Shown one piece after another: positions 38,795-47,553 of a stretch of DNA of 64,000 bases. Below the pieces are notes generated by a model. The model saw nothing but the letters and a program-made list of their open reading frames with translations, ran no database searches and had not been told where the DNA came from. Within the stretch, counting starts at the first letter, position 1; every line of letters starts with the position of its first letter. Both the position numbers and the translations under genes were made by a program. Source of the stretch: Spirochaetia bacterium (lineage in GTDB: Bacteria; Spirochaetota; Spirochaetia; SZUA-6; Bin103); assembly GCA_965203905.1 (NCBI GenBank), contig CBDBDQ010000005.1, forward strand, positions 5,856,001-5,920,000, in the 5' to 3' direction.

Positions 38795-39829
38795 TCAGTC
38801 GGCGAAGGTGCGCAGGGAGAGCTGGCGCTGCAGATGACACGCCACCAGGTGCGACTCGCCTTCGGTGGTCGTCGCCTCCACCAGCTCCGGTTCCTCCACG
38901 CTGCAGCGCGGTTCGCGGTAAGGACAGCGCGTATGGAACGGACAGCCGGTGGGTCGCGTCCCGTAGGAGGGACTCTCGCCGGGCTTGACCAGGTGCAGCT
39001 TGCGCGCGGTGGGATCGGGATTGGGCGACGAGGTGAGCAGCAGCTCGGTGTAGGGGTGCTTCGGATGGGCGAAGATCTCGGCGCGGCTGGCCAGCTCCAC
39101 GATGCGCCCCAGGTACATGATCGCCACCCGGTCGCTCAGGTAGCGCACCACCGCCAGGTTGTGGGCGATGAACAGGTAGCTCATGGCGCGCCGCTCCTGC
39201 AGGCTGCGCATCAGGTTCAGGATCTGCGCCTGCACCGACACGTCGAGCGCCGAGACCGGCTCGTCGGCGATCACCACCCGCGGCTCCAGGATGAACGCGC
39301 GCGCGAACGCCAGCCGCTGCCGCTGCCCGCCCGAGAAGGAGTGCGGGTAGCGGTTCATGTAGACCGGGTCGAGTTGCACCAGGCGCAACATCGCCGCCAC
39401 CCGCTCCTTGAGCTCGGCGCCGCCCTGCGCCAGACGGTTGTTGATCAGCGGCTCGCCGACGATGCGCAGCACGGTCATGCGCGCGTTGAGCGATGCGAAC
39501 GGGTCCTGGAACACCACCCGCACCGCGCGCCGCAGCGCCCGCAGCTCCTCCGCCTCCATCCTGACAATGTCGCGCGCCGGCGCGTCGGGCTCCGCCGTGT
39601 ACCAGATCCGGCCGGCGGTCGGCTCCTCGCTGCGCACCAGGCACAGGCCGGTGGTGGTCTTGCCGCAACCGCTCTCGCCCACCAGCGCCAGCGTCTCGCC
39701 GCGCCCCAGCTCGAACGAGATCCGGTCCACCGCGCGCACCTCGCCCTGGCGGCGGCGCAGCAGCCCCGTCTCCTTGAGGTAGGTCTTGCTGAGCCGCTCG
39801 GCGGCGATGATCGGCCGGTCGTGGATCAC
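38795..39829 (-). CDS. oppF: Oligopeptide/dipeptide ABC ATP-binding protein (OppF/DppF-like) with island-supplied start
   Basis: GESGCGKT, FSGGQRQR, DEPVSALD, HPYT, GCPFHTRCP. Confidence 0.88.
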   Translation of the reverse strand: MIHDRPIIAAERLSKTYLKETGLLRRRQGEVRAVDRISFELGRGETLALVGESGCGKTTTGLCLVRSEEPTAGRIWYTAEPDAPARDIVRMEAEELRALRRAVRVVFQDPFASLNARMTVLRIVGEPLINNRLAQGGAELKERVAAMLRLVQLDPVYMNRYPHSFSGGQRQRLAFARAFILEPRVVIADEPVSALDVSVQAQILNLMRSLQERRAMSYLFIAHNLAVVRYLSDRVAIMYLGRIVELASRAEIFAHPKHPYTELLLTSSPNPDPTARKLHLVKPGESPSYGTRPTGCPFHTRCPYREPRCSVEEPELVEATTTEGESHLVACHLQRQLSLRTFAD

Positions 39830-39853
39830 AACGATCGAGCGGCGGCCCTCGTG

Positions 39854-40178
39854 CTACGCCACCGCATCGCAGAACACCATCTCCCAGCCGTGAAACGCAG
39901 GGTGACGTAGCGGCTGCGTTCCGCCGTAGGACGGCGCCCGATGTCGGTGCCGGCGAACCGTGGCGTCGAAGTCGTTCGCCCAAAACGGTCGTAGTAGTTC
40001 TCCAGCAGCGACACCCACAGCGACTTGCCGAACCGCCGCGGGCGGATGAGGAATGCGAAGCGCTCCTGCTCCAGGCGCCGCAGGAAGCGGGCCTTGTCGA
40101 CGTACAGCCACCGGTTCAGGCGAATGCGCCCGAAGTCGCCCTCGCCGGAGGGAAGCGCGGGTAAGCGGTGTCGTCCAC
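39854..40178 (-). pseudogene. AAA-ATPase-like/PD-(D/E)XK protein remnant (large internal deletion)
   Basis: N-terminal GDFGRIR...YVDK...RPRRFGKSL...RYVTLRF abuts a C-terminus-like FHGWEMVFCDAVA*; frameshifts present. Confidence 0.75.
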
Positions 40179-40198
40179 TGCCGAACCTTGCCGGAATC

Positions 40199-40227
40199 AC
40201 TGTACCGCGTTCGCACCGGCCCCTCAA
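40199..40227 (-). promoter_or_regulatory. Island-internal promoter pointing toward the AAA remnant and oppF
   Basis: TTGAGG-N17-TACAGT. Confidence 0.45.
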
Positions 40228-40360
40228 ACGCTCGGCCGGCGACGGGACGAAGGAACGTGAGACGACCTCTGCACGGTATGCCATCGCACGGACATCGGCG
40301 TCGAGAAGTCACGGACTCCATGGATTCCATCACCCTTCGGGCGCCGGCGCCAGACCGTCG

Positions 40361-40386
40361 AGGTCGAATCGCGAAGCGATCGACCT
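40361..40386 (-). terminator. Hairpin downstream of the island gene pair
   Basis: AGGTCGA(A)TCGC-gaa-GCGATCGACCT. Confidence 0.35.
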
Positions 40387-40433
40387 GTGCGCCCGAACGG
40401 TGAACACGCGGACACCAGTCACAGGCGAACCGC

Positions 40434-41723
40434 TCAACTGAGAGTATGGCACGCCCCACGAATGCGGTTCCGGTTGCGAATCTGGTCCTCGATCACGTAG
40501 GATGAAACGTTGAATCCGTCCGCTATTTCGTCCGCGTCGTAACCGTCCTCCCACATATCCACGACACTTCCGACCGGAGCAAGGAACTCCGCGGCAAACG
40601 CGCGGCCGGTCGCCTGCCGTTCGGCGTGATGGAGATCGTTTATCACCGACCGCGGAGTGTCGCGAAAGCATACGGCGTCGCCGACTGCCCGAGCGAACGC
40701 GAAATTGTTGGACCTCGTGCCGCCGTCCGCGGATTTGCTGTCCCGCCGATGGTCGCGCAGATGGATTCGGGTTCCGCCGTCAGGACGCGATACCAGCGCC
40801 CGCACACCGCGGAACAACTTGGCGGGCGCGAACGTTGCACCGCCCAGTTTTCTGGCAAGGATCGCGTGCGATGCGAAGCGGTGGTCCGACCCGATGCCCA
40901 AGGCGTCGCGGAACGCGCGAGCCGCTCGGTAACCTGCCGACCACGGACGATCATCCCGATGCTGTCGGATCATGGGTGCAATTTGACTGGCGACGTGAGC
41001 GAGCTCCGGTAGGCTCGATTGCGCTGCCGGCCGGGACTCTACCTGATCCACAAAGTCCGTCACCGTCACCGACCGTTCCTTCCTCGTGAGACCGGCCAGG
41101 AACTCGATCAGAGGTTCTTTCGAGAATACGCTGCCGGCCCGCTCGATGAATAGGGCTTCATCCTCTGCAATGGCGTACGGATCCAACCCCAAGGCTCCTG
41201 CCGCCTCGCAGAAAGCCTGCTCATCGGGATCGTTGCGAGATCCCGCAACACGCGACCAACACAGGGCGACTTCACTGTTCCGAACCCCCTCACCGGCAAG
41301 CCTGTCTACGACGTTCTCGATGAAGCGGGACAGTGTGGACTCGGCCGCCCCTCTCGGAAGCGTCTCATCTCCGGCGAACGGGAAGCGCAGGTGGGGGTTC
41401 TCGCTGTAGAAGGTCCTTCCCGTGACCTCGAACGTCGAGCCGTCGGCCCTGAAGCTCAGATCGGGAAGTGCGAATCCAGTCCGGTAGCGTTGTATGCGAT
41501 ATTCGCGGTCGCGACCGCCGAAAATACGCCACCAGTCGTTCGCGAGGCCTTCGGCAAGGTGGACGGCGGGCACGATGAGTGGCTCCGTGTCGTCGTTGGA
41601 CACGAAGTCGACAAACCGGCAGGCGTTCTGGTCCGAGACGTAGATCCGCAGATCGCACAGCGTCGCGCGTTCCTCAGCCGCGCGATTCAAACCGCCGTCA
41701 ATCCAATCTACGGAAAACCTCAT
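40434..41723 (-). CDS. Hypothetical protein with C-terminal ImmA/IrrE-like domain lacking HExxH
   Basis: NNFAFARAVGD...ERQATGRAFAAEFLAP...IADGFNVS..VIEDQIRN matches the IrrE_N layout (FtlAHElGH...AnxFAaelL). Confidence 0.65.
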   Translation of the reverse strand: MRFSVDWIDGGLNRAAEERATLCDLRIYVSDQNACRFVDFVSNDDTEPLIVPAVHLAEGLANDWWRIFGGRDREYRIQRYRTGFALPDLSFRADGSTFEVTGRTFYSENPHLRFPFAGDETLPRGAAESTLSRFIENVVDRLAGEGVRNSEVALCWSRVAGSRNDPDEQAFCEAAGALGLDPYAIAEDEALFIERAGSVFSKEPLIEFLAGLTRKERSVTVTDFVDQVESRPAAQSSLPELAHVASQIAPMIRQHRDDRPWSAGYRAARAFRDALGIGSDHRFASHAILARKLGGATFAPAKLFRGVRALVSRPDGGTRIHLRDHRRDSKSADGGTRSNNFAFARAVGDAVCFRDTPRSVINDLHHAERQATGRAFAAEFLAPVGSVVDMWEDGYDADEIADGFNVSSYVIEDQIRNRNRIRGACHTLS

Positions 41724-42123
41724 CACGTTCACTCTTCGGGATCGGCCAGCCCTTGTAGTGCCCAGCGGCGGTGTTCATGCAGTAGCCACACCAATACTGA
41801 CCGGAAGAATCCCTATACCAAATCCTGTGTGGGTACTTCTGGTCGGACTGCACGAACTGGTAGTTTCCTTCCTCGATCGCCCTCCGGACCCATCCCGTTG
41901 CCCGGACGCGATCTTCATCCTCTGTCAATGGGCAGATCGTTGTCTTCTGCTTGTGAGCGCGTCCGACCCGTCCACCTCGCAGTTGCCGGCCCTTGGGTAA
42001 TCCTCCCCACCACCGGCGAAGCTTGTGCTCGGCGCTGCCCTCATACCGGGCCCCTGCCGCCAAGTCCCGTCGCTCCGCGCGAGACAACGGGGGCCGTACG
42101 GGTCTCTGCATTGGTCGTCTCAT
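41698..42123 (-). CDS. Small basic hypothetical protein, putative toxin
   Basis: YEGSAEHK...TICP...YPHRIWY...N..GHYKGWP; overlaps the start of the partner gene. Confidence 0.6.
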   Translation of the reverse strand: MRRPMQRPVRPPLSRAERRDLAAGARYEGSAEHKLRRWWGGLPKGRQLRGGRVGRAHKQKTTICPLTEDEDRVRATGWVRRAIEEGNYQFVQSDQKYPHRIWYRDSSGQYWCGYCMNTAAGHYKGWPIPKSERDEVFRRLD

Positions 42124-42259
42124 CCCACAGTCCAAGCCTGCATGGGCAAGCAGCGAGCATCAAGGTATCGGCACAACAACCATACAACAACCGCAGGAGG
42201 GACCCGAAGAAACCACATCTGAATCCCCTGCACGGCGATGATCGGCCGGCGTGCCTCCA

Positions 42260-43276
42260 CTACCCCGCTCCCCCGTTCCGCTGCAGGCAGGCCACTTCAT
42301 GCTCAGCCGCGAGCGCCACCGTCGCCGGCATCTCGGCGTCGCAGCGTCCCGGCACGAACTCGTCGCAGCGGGTGTGGAACGCACACCCCGGCGGCATCTC
42401 GTAGGGGCTCGGCACCATGCCCCGGATCGGCGTCAGCGCTTCGAGCGGGCCGGAGAGGCGCGGGATCGACGCCAGCAGCGCCCGCGCATAGGGATGCTCG
42501 GGCCGCGCGAACAGCGCACCGACCGGCGCCGTCTCCACCACCCGCCCGAGGTACATCACGACGACGCGTTCGGTGACCTCGGCGATCACCCCCAGGTCGT
42601 GGGTCACCAGGATCACCGCCATCTGCATGCTGCGCTGCATCTCCAGCATCAGGTTCAGCGCCTGCGCCTGCAGCGTCACGTCCAGCGCGGTGGTGGGCTC
42701 GTCGGCGATCAGGATGCGCGGCTCGCAGGCCACGGCCATGGCGATCATCGCCCGCTGGCGCATGCCGCCGCTGAGGTTGTGCGGGTAGGCGGCCAGGATG
42801 TCGGGATCGGTCAGGCCGACGCGGCCGAGCACTTCGAGCGAGCGCTCGGTCAGCTCCCGGCGCCGGCGCTGCCTGGGGATCTGTTGCGCCTCGTCCATCA
42901 TCGCGATCGCCTCGCCGATCTGGCTGCCGATGGTGTGCACCGGGCTGAACGACGTCATCGGTTCCTGGAAGATCATCGAGATGTCGTTGCGGCGGATCGA
43001 CTTCATGGTCTCGCTCTCGCGCGCTTCATCGGTAATGGTCACCGTCTCGCCCACCGCGTGGTATCGGACCCTCCCGCGCGTGACGCGGGCCACCGGCGGC
43101 AGGATGCCGAGGATCGTCAACGCGGTGACGCTCTTGCCGCAGCCGCTCTCGCCGATGATGCCGAGCACTTCGTTGCGGTTCAGGGTGAAGCTGACGCCGT
43201 TCACCGCCCGCACCGTGCCTTCCTTGGAAGGAAACTCCACGTACAGGTCATCGACCTCCAGCAGCGTCTCGGCCAC
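42260..43276 (-). CDS. oppD: Oligopeptide/dipeptide ABC ATP-binding protein (OppD/DppD-like)
   Basis: [36 protein letters not shown]. Confidence 0.9.
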   Translation of the reverse strand: MAETLLEVDDLYVEFPSKEGTVRAVNGVSFTLNRNEVLGIIGESGCGKSVTALTILGILPPVARVTRGRVRYHAVGETVTITDEARESETMKSIRRNDISMIFQEPMTSFSPVHTIGSQIGEAIAMMDEAQQIPRQRRRRELTERSLEVLGRVGLTDPDILAAYPHNLSGGMRQRAMIAMAVACEPRILIADEPTTALDVTLQAQALNLMLEMQRSMQMAVILVTHDLGVIAEVTERVVVMYLGRVVETAPVGALFARPEHPYARALLASIPRLSGPLEALTPIRGMVPSPYEMPPGCAFHTRCDEFVPGRCDAEMPATVALAAEHEVACLQRNGGAG

Positions 43277-43278
43277 GA

Positions 43279-44421
43279 TCACACCTTGGCATAGGGGTCG
43301 GCGGCGTCGCGCATGCCGTCGCCGATGAAGTTGAACGCCAGGATGGCGGCCACCACGAAGAACGCGGGAATGAACAGCCACTGGGCCGCGATCAGGTTGC
43401 GCAGGTGTCTGCACTCCTGCAGCATCACCCCCCAGCTTATTGCCGGCGGCTGCAGCCCGAGGCCGATGAAGCTGAGCGCGGTCTCGCCCAGGATCATGCC
43501 GGGGATGGCCAGGGTCAGCTCGGCGATGGTGTGGCTCAGGAACGAAGGCAGCAGGTAGGAGAAGATCAGCTTGCCGTGGCCGACGTTGTCGAGGCGGGCG
43601 GCGCGGATGTACTCCTCCCGCTTGAGCGCCATGAACTTGCCGCGCACGGTACGGCTGCCACCGGTGACCACCCCGATCAAAGCCAGGATCACCGTAATCA
43701 GCACGAAGCGCTGCACCACCGAGAGCCGCACCGGCAGCGCCGCCGCCAGCGCGATCCACAGCGGCAGCGTGGGCACGCTCATGAAGGTCTCGGTGATGCG
43801 CATGATCACCTTGTCCACCACCCCGCCGAGCAACCCCGCGATGCCGCCGATGAACAGGCTCGGGAAGAAGCCGATCAGAATGCCGACGAAGCCCACGGTC
43901 AGCGAAATGCGCGACCCGTACACGATGCGCGAAAACAGGTCGCGCCCGAGTGAGTCCTTGCCCAGCAGGCTGAAGATGCGGCCGTCGCGCAGGCCGAACA
44001 GGTGCAGGTTGCTGGGAATCAGTCCCCACATGCGGTAGGGGTCGCCGCGCACCAGCAGGTACAGCGGTTGCACGATGGTCGTGTCCACCGAGTAGAGGTA
44101 CTCCCAGGTGTCGGGATCGACGGTCTTGACGATCGGGTGCACGAACGGGCGCGGGTGGAAGCGGCCGGCGGCGTCGAAGAACCTGATCCGCTGCGGCGGC
44201 GCCAGGGTGAACTCCTCGTCGTACGAGCGCGGGTCGTAGGGAGAGATGAACTCGGCGAAGATGACGCCGAGATAGAGGAAGCCGATGAAGCCGAGCGCCA
44301 CCACGGCGACCCGGTGGCGCAGGAAGCGCCAGCGCATGAGCTGCCACTGCGAGGCGTAGGCGTGCTGACCGGTCGCCACCCGCGGATCGCCGAGCTGCAG
44401 CGACGCGCCCGAGGTGCTCAT
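43279..44421 (-). CDS. oppC: Oligopeptide ABC permease (OppC-like)
   Basis: GKDSLGRDLFSR, ETALSFIGLG, GDGMRDAADP. Confidence 0.9.
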   Translation of the reverse strand: MSTSGASLQLGDPRVATGQHAYASQWQLMRWRFLRHRVAVVALGFIGFLYLGVIFAEFISPYDPRSYDEEFTLAPPQRIRFFDAAGRFHPRPFVHPIVKTVDPDTWEYLYSVDTTIVQPLYLLVRGDPYRMWGLIPSNLHLFGLRDGRIFSLLGKDSLGRDLFSRIVYGSRISLTVGFVGILIGFFPSLFIGGIAGLLGGVVDKVIMRITETFMSVPTLPLWIALAAALPVRLSVVQRFVLITVILALIGVVTGGSRTVRGKFMALKREEYIRAARLDNVGHGKLIFSYLLPSFLSHTIAELTLAIPGMILGETALSFIGLGLQPPAISWGVMLQECRHLRNLIAAQWLFIPAFFVVAAILAFNFIGDGMRDAADPYAKV

Positions 44422-45407
44422 ACCGCGTCCCGGATGCGTGGGTCGACGATCCCCAGCAGGATGTCGGAGAGCAGAATGCCCACCACCGTCAGCCCCAGCT
44501 CGATGAACAGGATGCTGCCGGCCAGGAACATGTCCTGCGCCATGGTGGCCTGCAGCATGATCGGCGCCAGCGTGGGCAGGCCCAGGGTGACAGACACCAT
44601 CAGCTCGCCCGACATGAGACTGGCCAGGAGCCATCCCAGGCGCACGATGAACGGGTTCAGGGCCACCCGGAACGGGTACTTCAGCAGCAGCCGCGCGCCG
44701 CTCACCCCCTTGGAGCGGGCCACCATCACGTAGGGCTTCTCCAGCTCGTCGAGCAGGTTGGCGCGCATGATCCGCACCTGCTCCGCGGTACCGGCGGTGG
44801 CCATGACGATGGCCGGGATCCACAGGTGGTTCAGCAGATCGAGGAACTTGGGCAGGCTCCAGGCCGCGTCCAGGTACTGCTGCGACATCAGGCCGATGGT
44901 GGCGGTGCTGCCGGTTAGCGTGAACACCATCCACGCCAGCACCAGGGCGAAGATGAAGTTGGGCACCGCCAGCCCGATGAAGCCGATGAAGGTAATGCAA
45001 TAGTCGAGCCAGGAGTGTTGCCGCACCGCCGACACGATGCCGATCGGGATCGCCATCGCGTTGAGCAGCAGGAACGAGATGAACGACATCAGCGCGGTGA
45101 GTGGCAGGCGCTCCGCCAGGATCACCCCGACCGGCTTGTTGAACAGCATCGAGTAGCTGAAATCGCCGCGCAGGATGTTCCCGAGCCAGAAGAAGTACTG
45201 CACCATGATCGGCTTGTCGAGATCGTACTGGGCGTTCAGCGATGCGATCAGCTCCGGAGTGATGTCGACGCCGCGGTTGCGCATCAGGGCGATCTTGGCG
45301 TCGATCACGTTGCCGGGAGGAAGCTGGATGATGACGAACACGATCACGCTGCCGATCAACAGCACGGGAATCATCATCAGCACGCGCCGCAGCACGTAGA
45401 CGGTCAT
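44418..45407 (-). CDS. oppB: Oligopeptide ABC permease (OppB-like)
   Basis: YVLRR, LPPG, YVMVARSKG, DPRIR. Confidence 0.9.
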   Translation of the reverse strand: MTVYVLRRVLMMIPVLLIGSVIVFVIIQLPPGNVIDAKIALMRNRGVDITPELIASLNAQYDLDKPIMVQYFFWLGNILRGDFSYSMLFNKPVGVILAERLPLTALMSFISFLLLNAMAIPIGIVSAVRQHSWLDYCITFIGFIGLAVPNFIFALVLAWMVFTLTGSTATIGLMSQQYLDAAWSLPKFLDLLNHLWIPAIVMATAGTAEQVRIMRANLLDELEKPYVMVARSKGVSGARLLLKYPFRVALNPFIVRLGWLLASLMSGELMVSVTLGLPTLAPIMLQATMAQDMFLAGSILFIELGLTVVGILLSDILLGIVDPRIRDAV

Positions 45408-45474
45408 CGGTCAGAAACAGGCCGCCTCCGCCGCCACGCGGTGCGCATGGCGGCGGCCAGCGGCGGGCGCCGGT

Positions 45475-47484
45475 CTACTGGCGCACGAACAGAACGTCGA
45501 AGAACAGGTAGCTGGCCTCGGAGCTCAGCGGCTCGTCCGGCACGTTGCCCACCCTGTTGTGGAAGTAGTAGAAGGAGACCTGCGGGATATCGACCTTCGA
45601 CTCCAGCGGCGAGATCGACCACAGCCCTTCGCTGAAGATCTTCACCACCTCCTGCTCGATCCGCTTCCTGGCGTCGACGCCCATCGCCCGCGGATACTCC
45701 TCGGACAACTCGTACAGCCTCTTCACCCCGTCCGGTGGCTCCACTCCCTCGGCGCCGCCTGAGTGCAGCCAGCGCGCCCACGGGGTGGAGACGTGGTAGC
45801 CCTCCGGATTGCTCGGCACCACGTGCGGAAAACGCGCGATGCTGGCGGTCGGTATGCCGCGTCCGATATCGACGGGGCCAACCAGGATGTCGTAGTCGCC
45901 GGTGGTCAGTTTCTCCCCGTACGCGTCGCCGGCGTAGGGTCGAATCAGGAACTCGATGCCGACCTTCTCGAATTGCTCCTTGTAGATTTCCGACATGGCG
46001 ACCTCTGCGCTCTTGTCGGTCTCGACCAGCCCGATCAGCTCCAACGGCTTGCCGCTCGGAAGGGTGCGCGCGGTGCGGTTCGAGTTCCACGCCAGTCCCA
46101 GCTCGTCGAGCATGCGGTTTGCCGCGTCCGGATCGTGCTCCTTGTAGGGCTCGTCGGCCGGGTGCACGAGGTCACCCGCCACCGGCGTCTGCGACAGCGT
46201 GTACTGACCGCGGAACAGCAGGTCGTTGATTTCCTGACCGTCGATCGCCAGGGCAACGGCGCGCCGGAACTTGATGTCGTTGAACAACTCTCGGCGTTCC
46301 GAGTCCTCGCTCGCAAAGTTGAAGTACACGGTGCCGTGATACATGATGGCCGACATCGCCGCGTGCAGCCTGAAGTTGCCGTCCTCCTCCGCGTTGCGCA
46401 GCACGCTGAAGTTCGAAATGTCGCCGAAGTCGCCGCGCAGGCCGAAGTCGATCTCGCCGGCGAGGCCCTGCAGCAGATAGGCATCGCTGCCCATCCCCAT
46501 CAGCGGAACGCGGATGGCGTCGATGTAGGGAAGTTGATTCCCGGCCACGTCCACCTTGAAGTAATAGGGGTTGCGCTGGAACACGCCCAGCGTGTCGCTC
46601 TTGCTGTCCAGCCGCCACGGGTGGATCACCGGCAGCTCGGTGTTGAAGTTGCTCCAGATCACGTATTCCTTCCAATACGCCATCCAGGTGGTGAAGCCGG
46701 CTTCCTTGGCCACGCTCTCCGCCTTGTCGCGCCCGGCGACGCCGGGATGGAACTGGCCCATGTAGTGTTCCGGCAGAAACGAATCGGGGAACCAGCGCAT
46801 CATGTTGTTGGGCAGGTTCGGGTAGGAGCCGGCGAAGTGGAACTCGAAGGTGACGTCGTCGACCACGTTCAGGGTGGCCATCTCCCCGCCGACCTTGAGG
46901 TTGCCGATGCCGTGCGGGTTGAGCTCGCTGTCGGCGGCGTCGTGGTCGAACCAGAACCGGATGTCCTCGGTATCGAAGGTCTCGCCATCGCTCCAGCGCA
47001 GGCCGTCGCGCAGGCGGATGGTGTACACCGAGGCGTCCGCATTGGGCTCGTACGAGGCGAACACGTTGGGCAGCAGCGTTTCGCCGTTCACCGGTATGGT
47101 GAGGCCCCACTGGCGCATGTACTCGTCGTTGATCCAGCCGGGATCGCCGGGAATCACCAGGGTGCCGCCGTAGACGCCGATCTGATGGGCGGGGGCGATG
47201 ACGATCGGGTCGTTCGGCAGGCGCTCGCCGACCGGCGGCAGGTCGCCGCTGGCCACCAGCGCGGCCAGCACCGGCGCCTCGCCATACTCCAGCGTGCGCC
47301 CCGTGGCCGCCGCGTACTCGGCGGGCGAGTTGTAGAACACCGGCACGCCCGACCCGACGAACCACTCGTTGCCGGCGGCGCCGGCAGGCATGGCATCCGG
47401 CTCCTCCTCCGCCGGGGATGCAAGCAGCGGCAGCGCCGCCGCCAGCAGGGTCATTCGTATCAGAATAGTCCTCAATGTCTTCAT
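45475..47484 (-). CDS. Family 5 ABC substrate-binding protein
   Basis: LPPVGERLP, GVYGG, LRDGLRWSDG, RNPYYFKVDVAGNQLPYID, FRRAVALAID. Confidence 0.88.
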   Translation of the reverse strand: MKTLRTILIRMTLLAAALPLLASPAEEEPDAMPAGAAGNEWFVGSGVPVFYNSPAEYAAATGRTLEYGEAPVLAALVASGDLPPVGERLPNDPIVIAPAHQIGVYGGTLVIPGDPGWINDEYMRQWGLTIPVNGETLLPNVFASYEPNADASVYTIRLRDGLRWSDGETFDTEDIRFWFDHDAADSELNPHGIGNLKVGGEMATLNVVDDVTFEFHFAGSYPNLPNNMMRWFPDSFLPEHYMGQFHPGVAGRDKAESVAKEAGFTTWMAYWKEYVIWSNFNTELPVIHPWRLDSKSDTLGVFQRNPYYFKVDVAGNQLPYIDAIRVPLMGMGSDAYLLQGLAGEIDFGLRGDFGDISNFSVLRNAEEDGNFRLHAAMSAIMYHGTVYFNFASEDSERRELFNDIKFRRAVALAIDGQEINDLLFRGQYTLSQTPVAGDLVHPADEPYKEHDPDAANRMLDELGLAWNSNRTARTLPSGKPLELIGLVETDKSAEVAMSEIYKEQFEKVGIEFLIRPYAGDAYGEKLTTGDYDILVGPVDIGRGIPTASIARFPHVVPSNPEGYHVSTPWARWLHSGGAEGVEPPDGVKRLYELSEEYPRAMGVDARKRIEQEVVKIFSEGLWSISPLESKVDIPQVSFYYFHNRVGNVPDEPLSSEASYLFFDVLFVRQ

Positions 47485-47508
47485 GGATACCTCCAGCGCC
47501 GTGGGCCC

Positions 47509-47553
47509 GGCGCAATTTTGCGCCAGTATTGGAAACCGCGCGGGAGGTGTCAA
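47509..47553 (-). promoter_or_regulatory. opp operon promoter with palindromic operator
   Basis: TTGACA(47553-47548)-N17-AATACT, followed immediately by the GGCGCAA-aa-TTGCGCC palindrome (47509-47524). Confidence 0.6.

Larger units (their letters stand above)
39802..42249. mobile_element. Integrase-less 2.45-kb island flanked by 17-bp direct repeats
   Basis: CGGCGATGATCGGCCGG at 39802-39818 and 42233-42249; the island separates oppD from oppF and its cargo looks lower in GC than the flanks. Confidence 0.75.
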
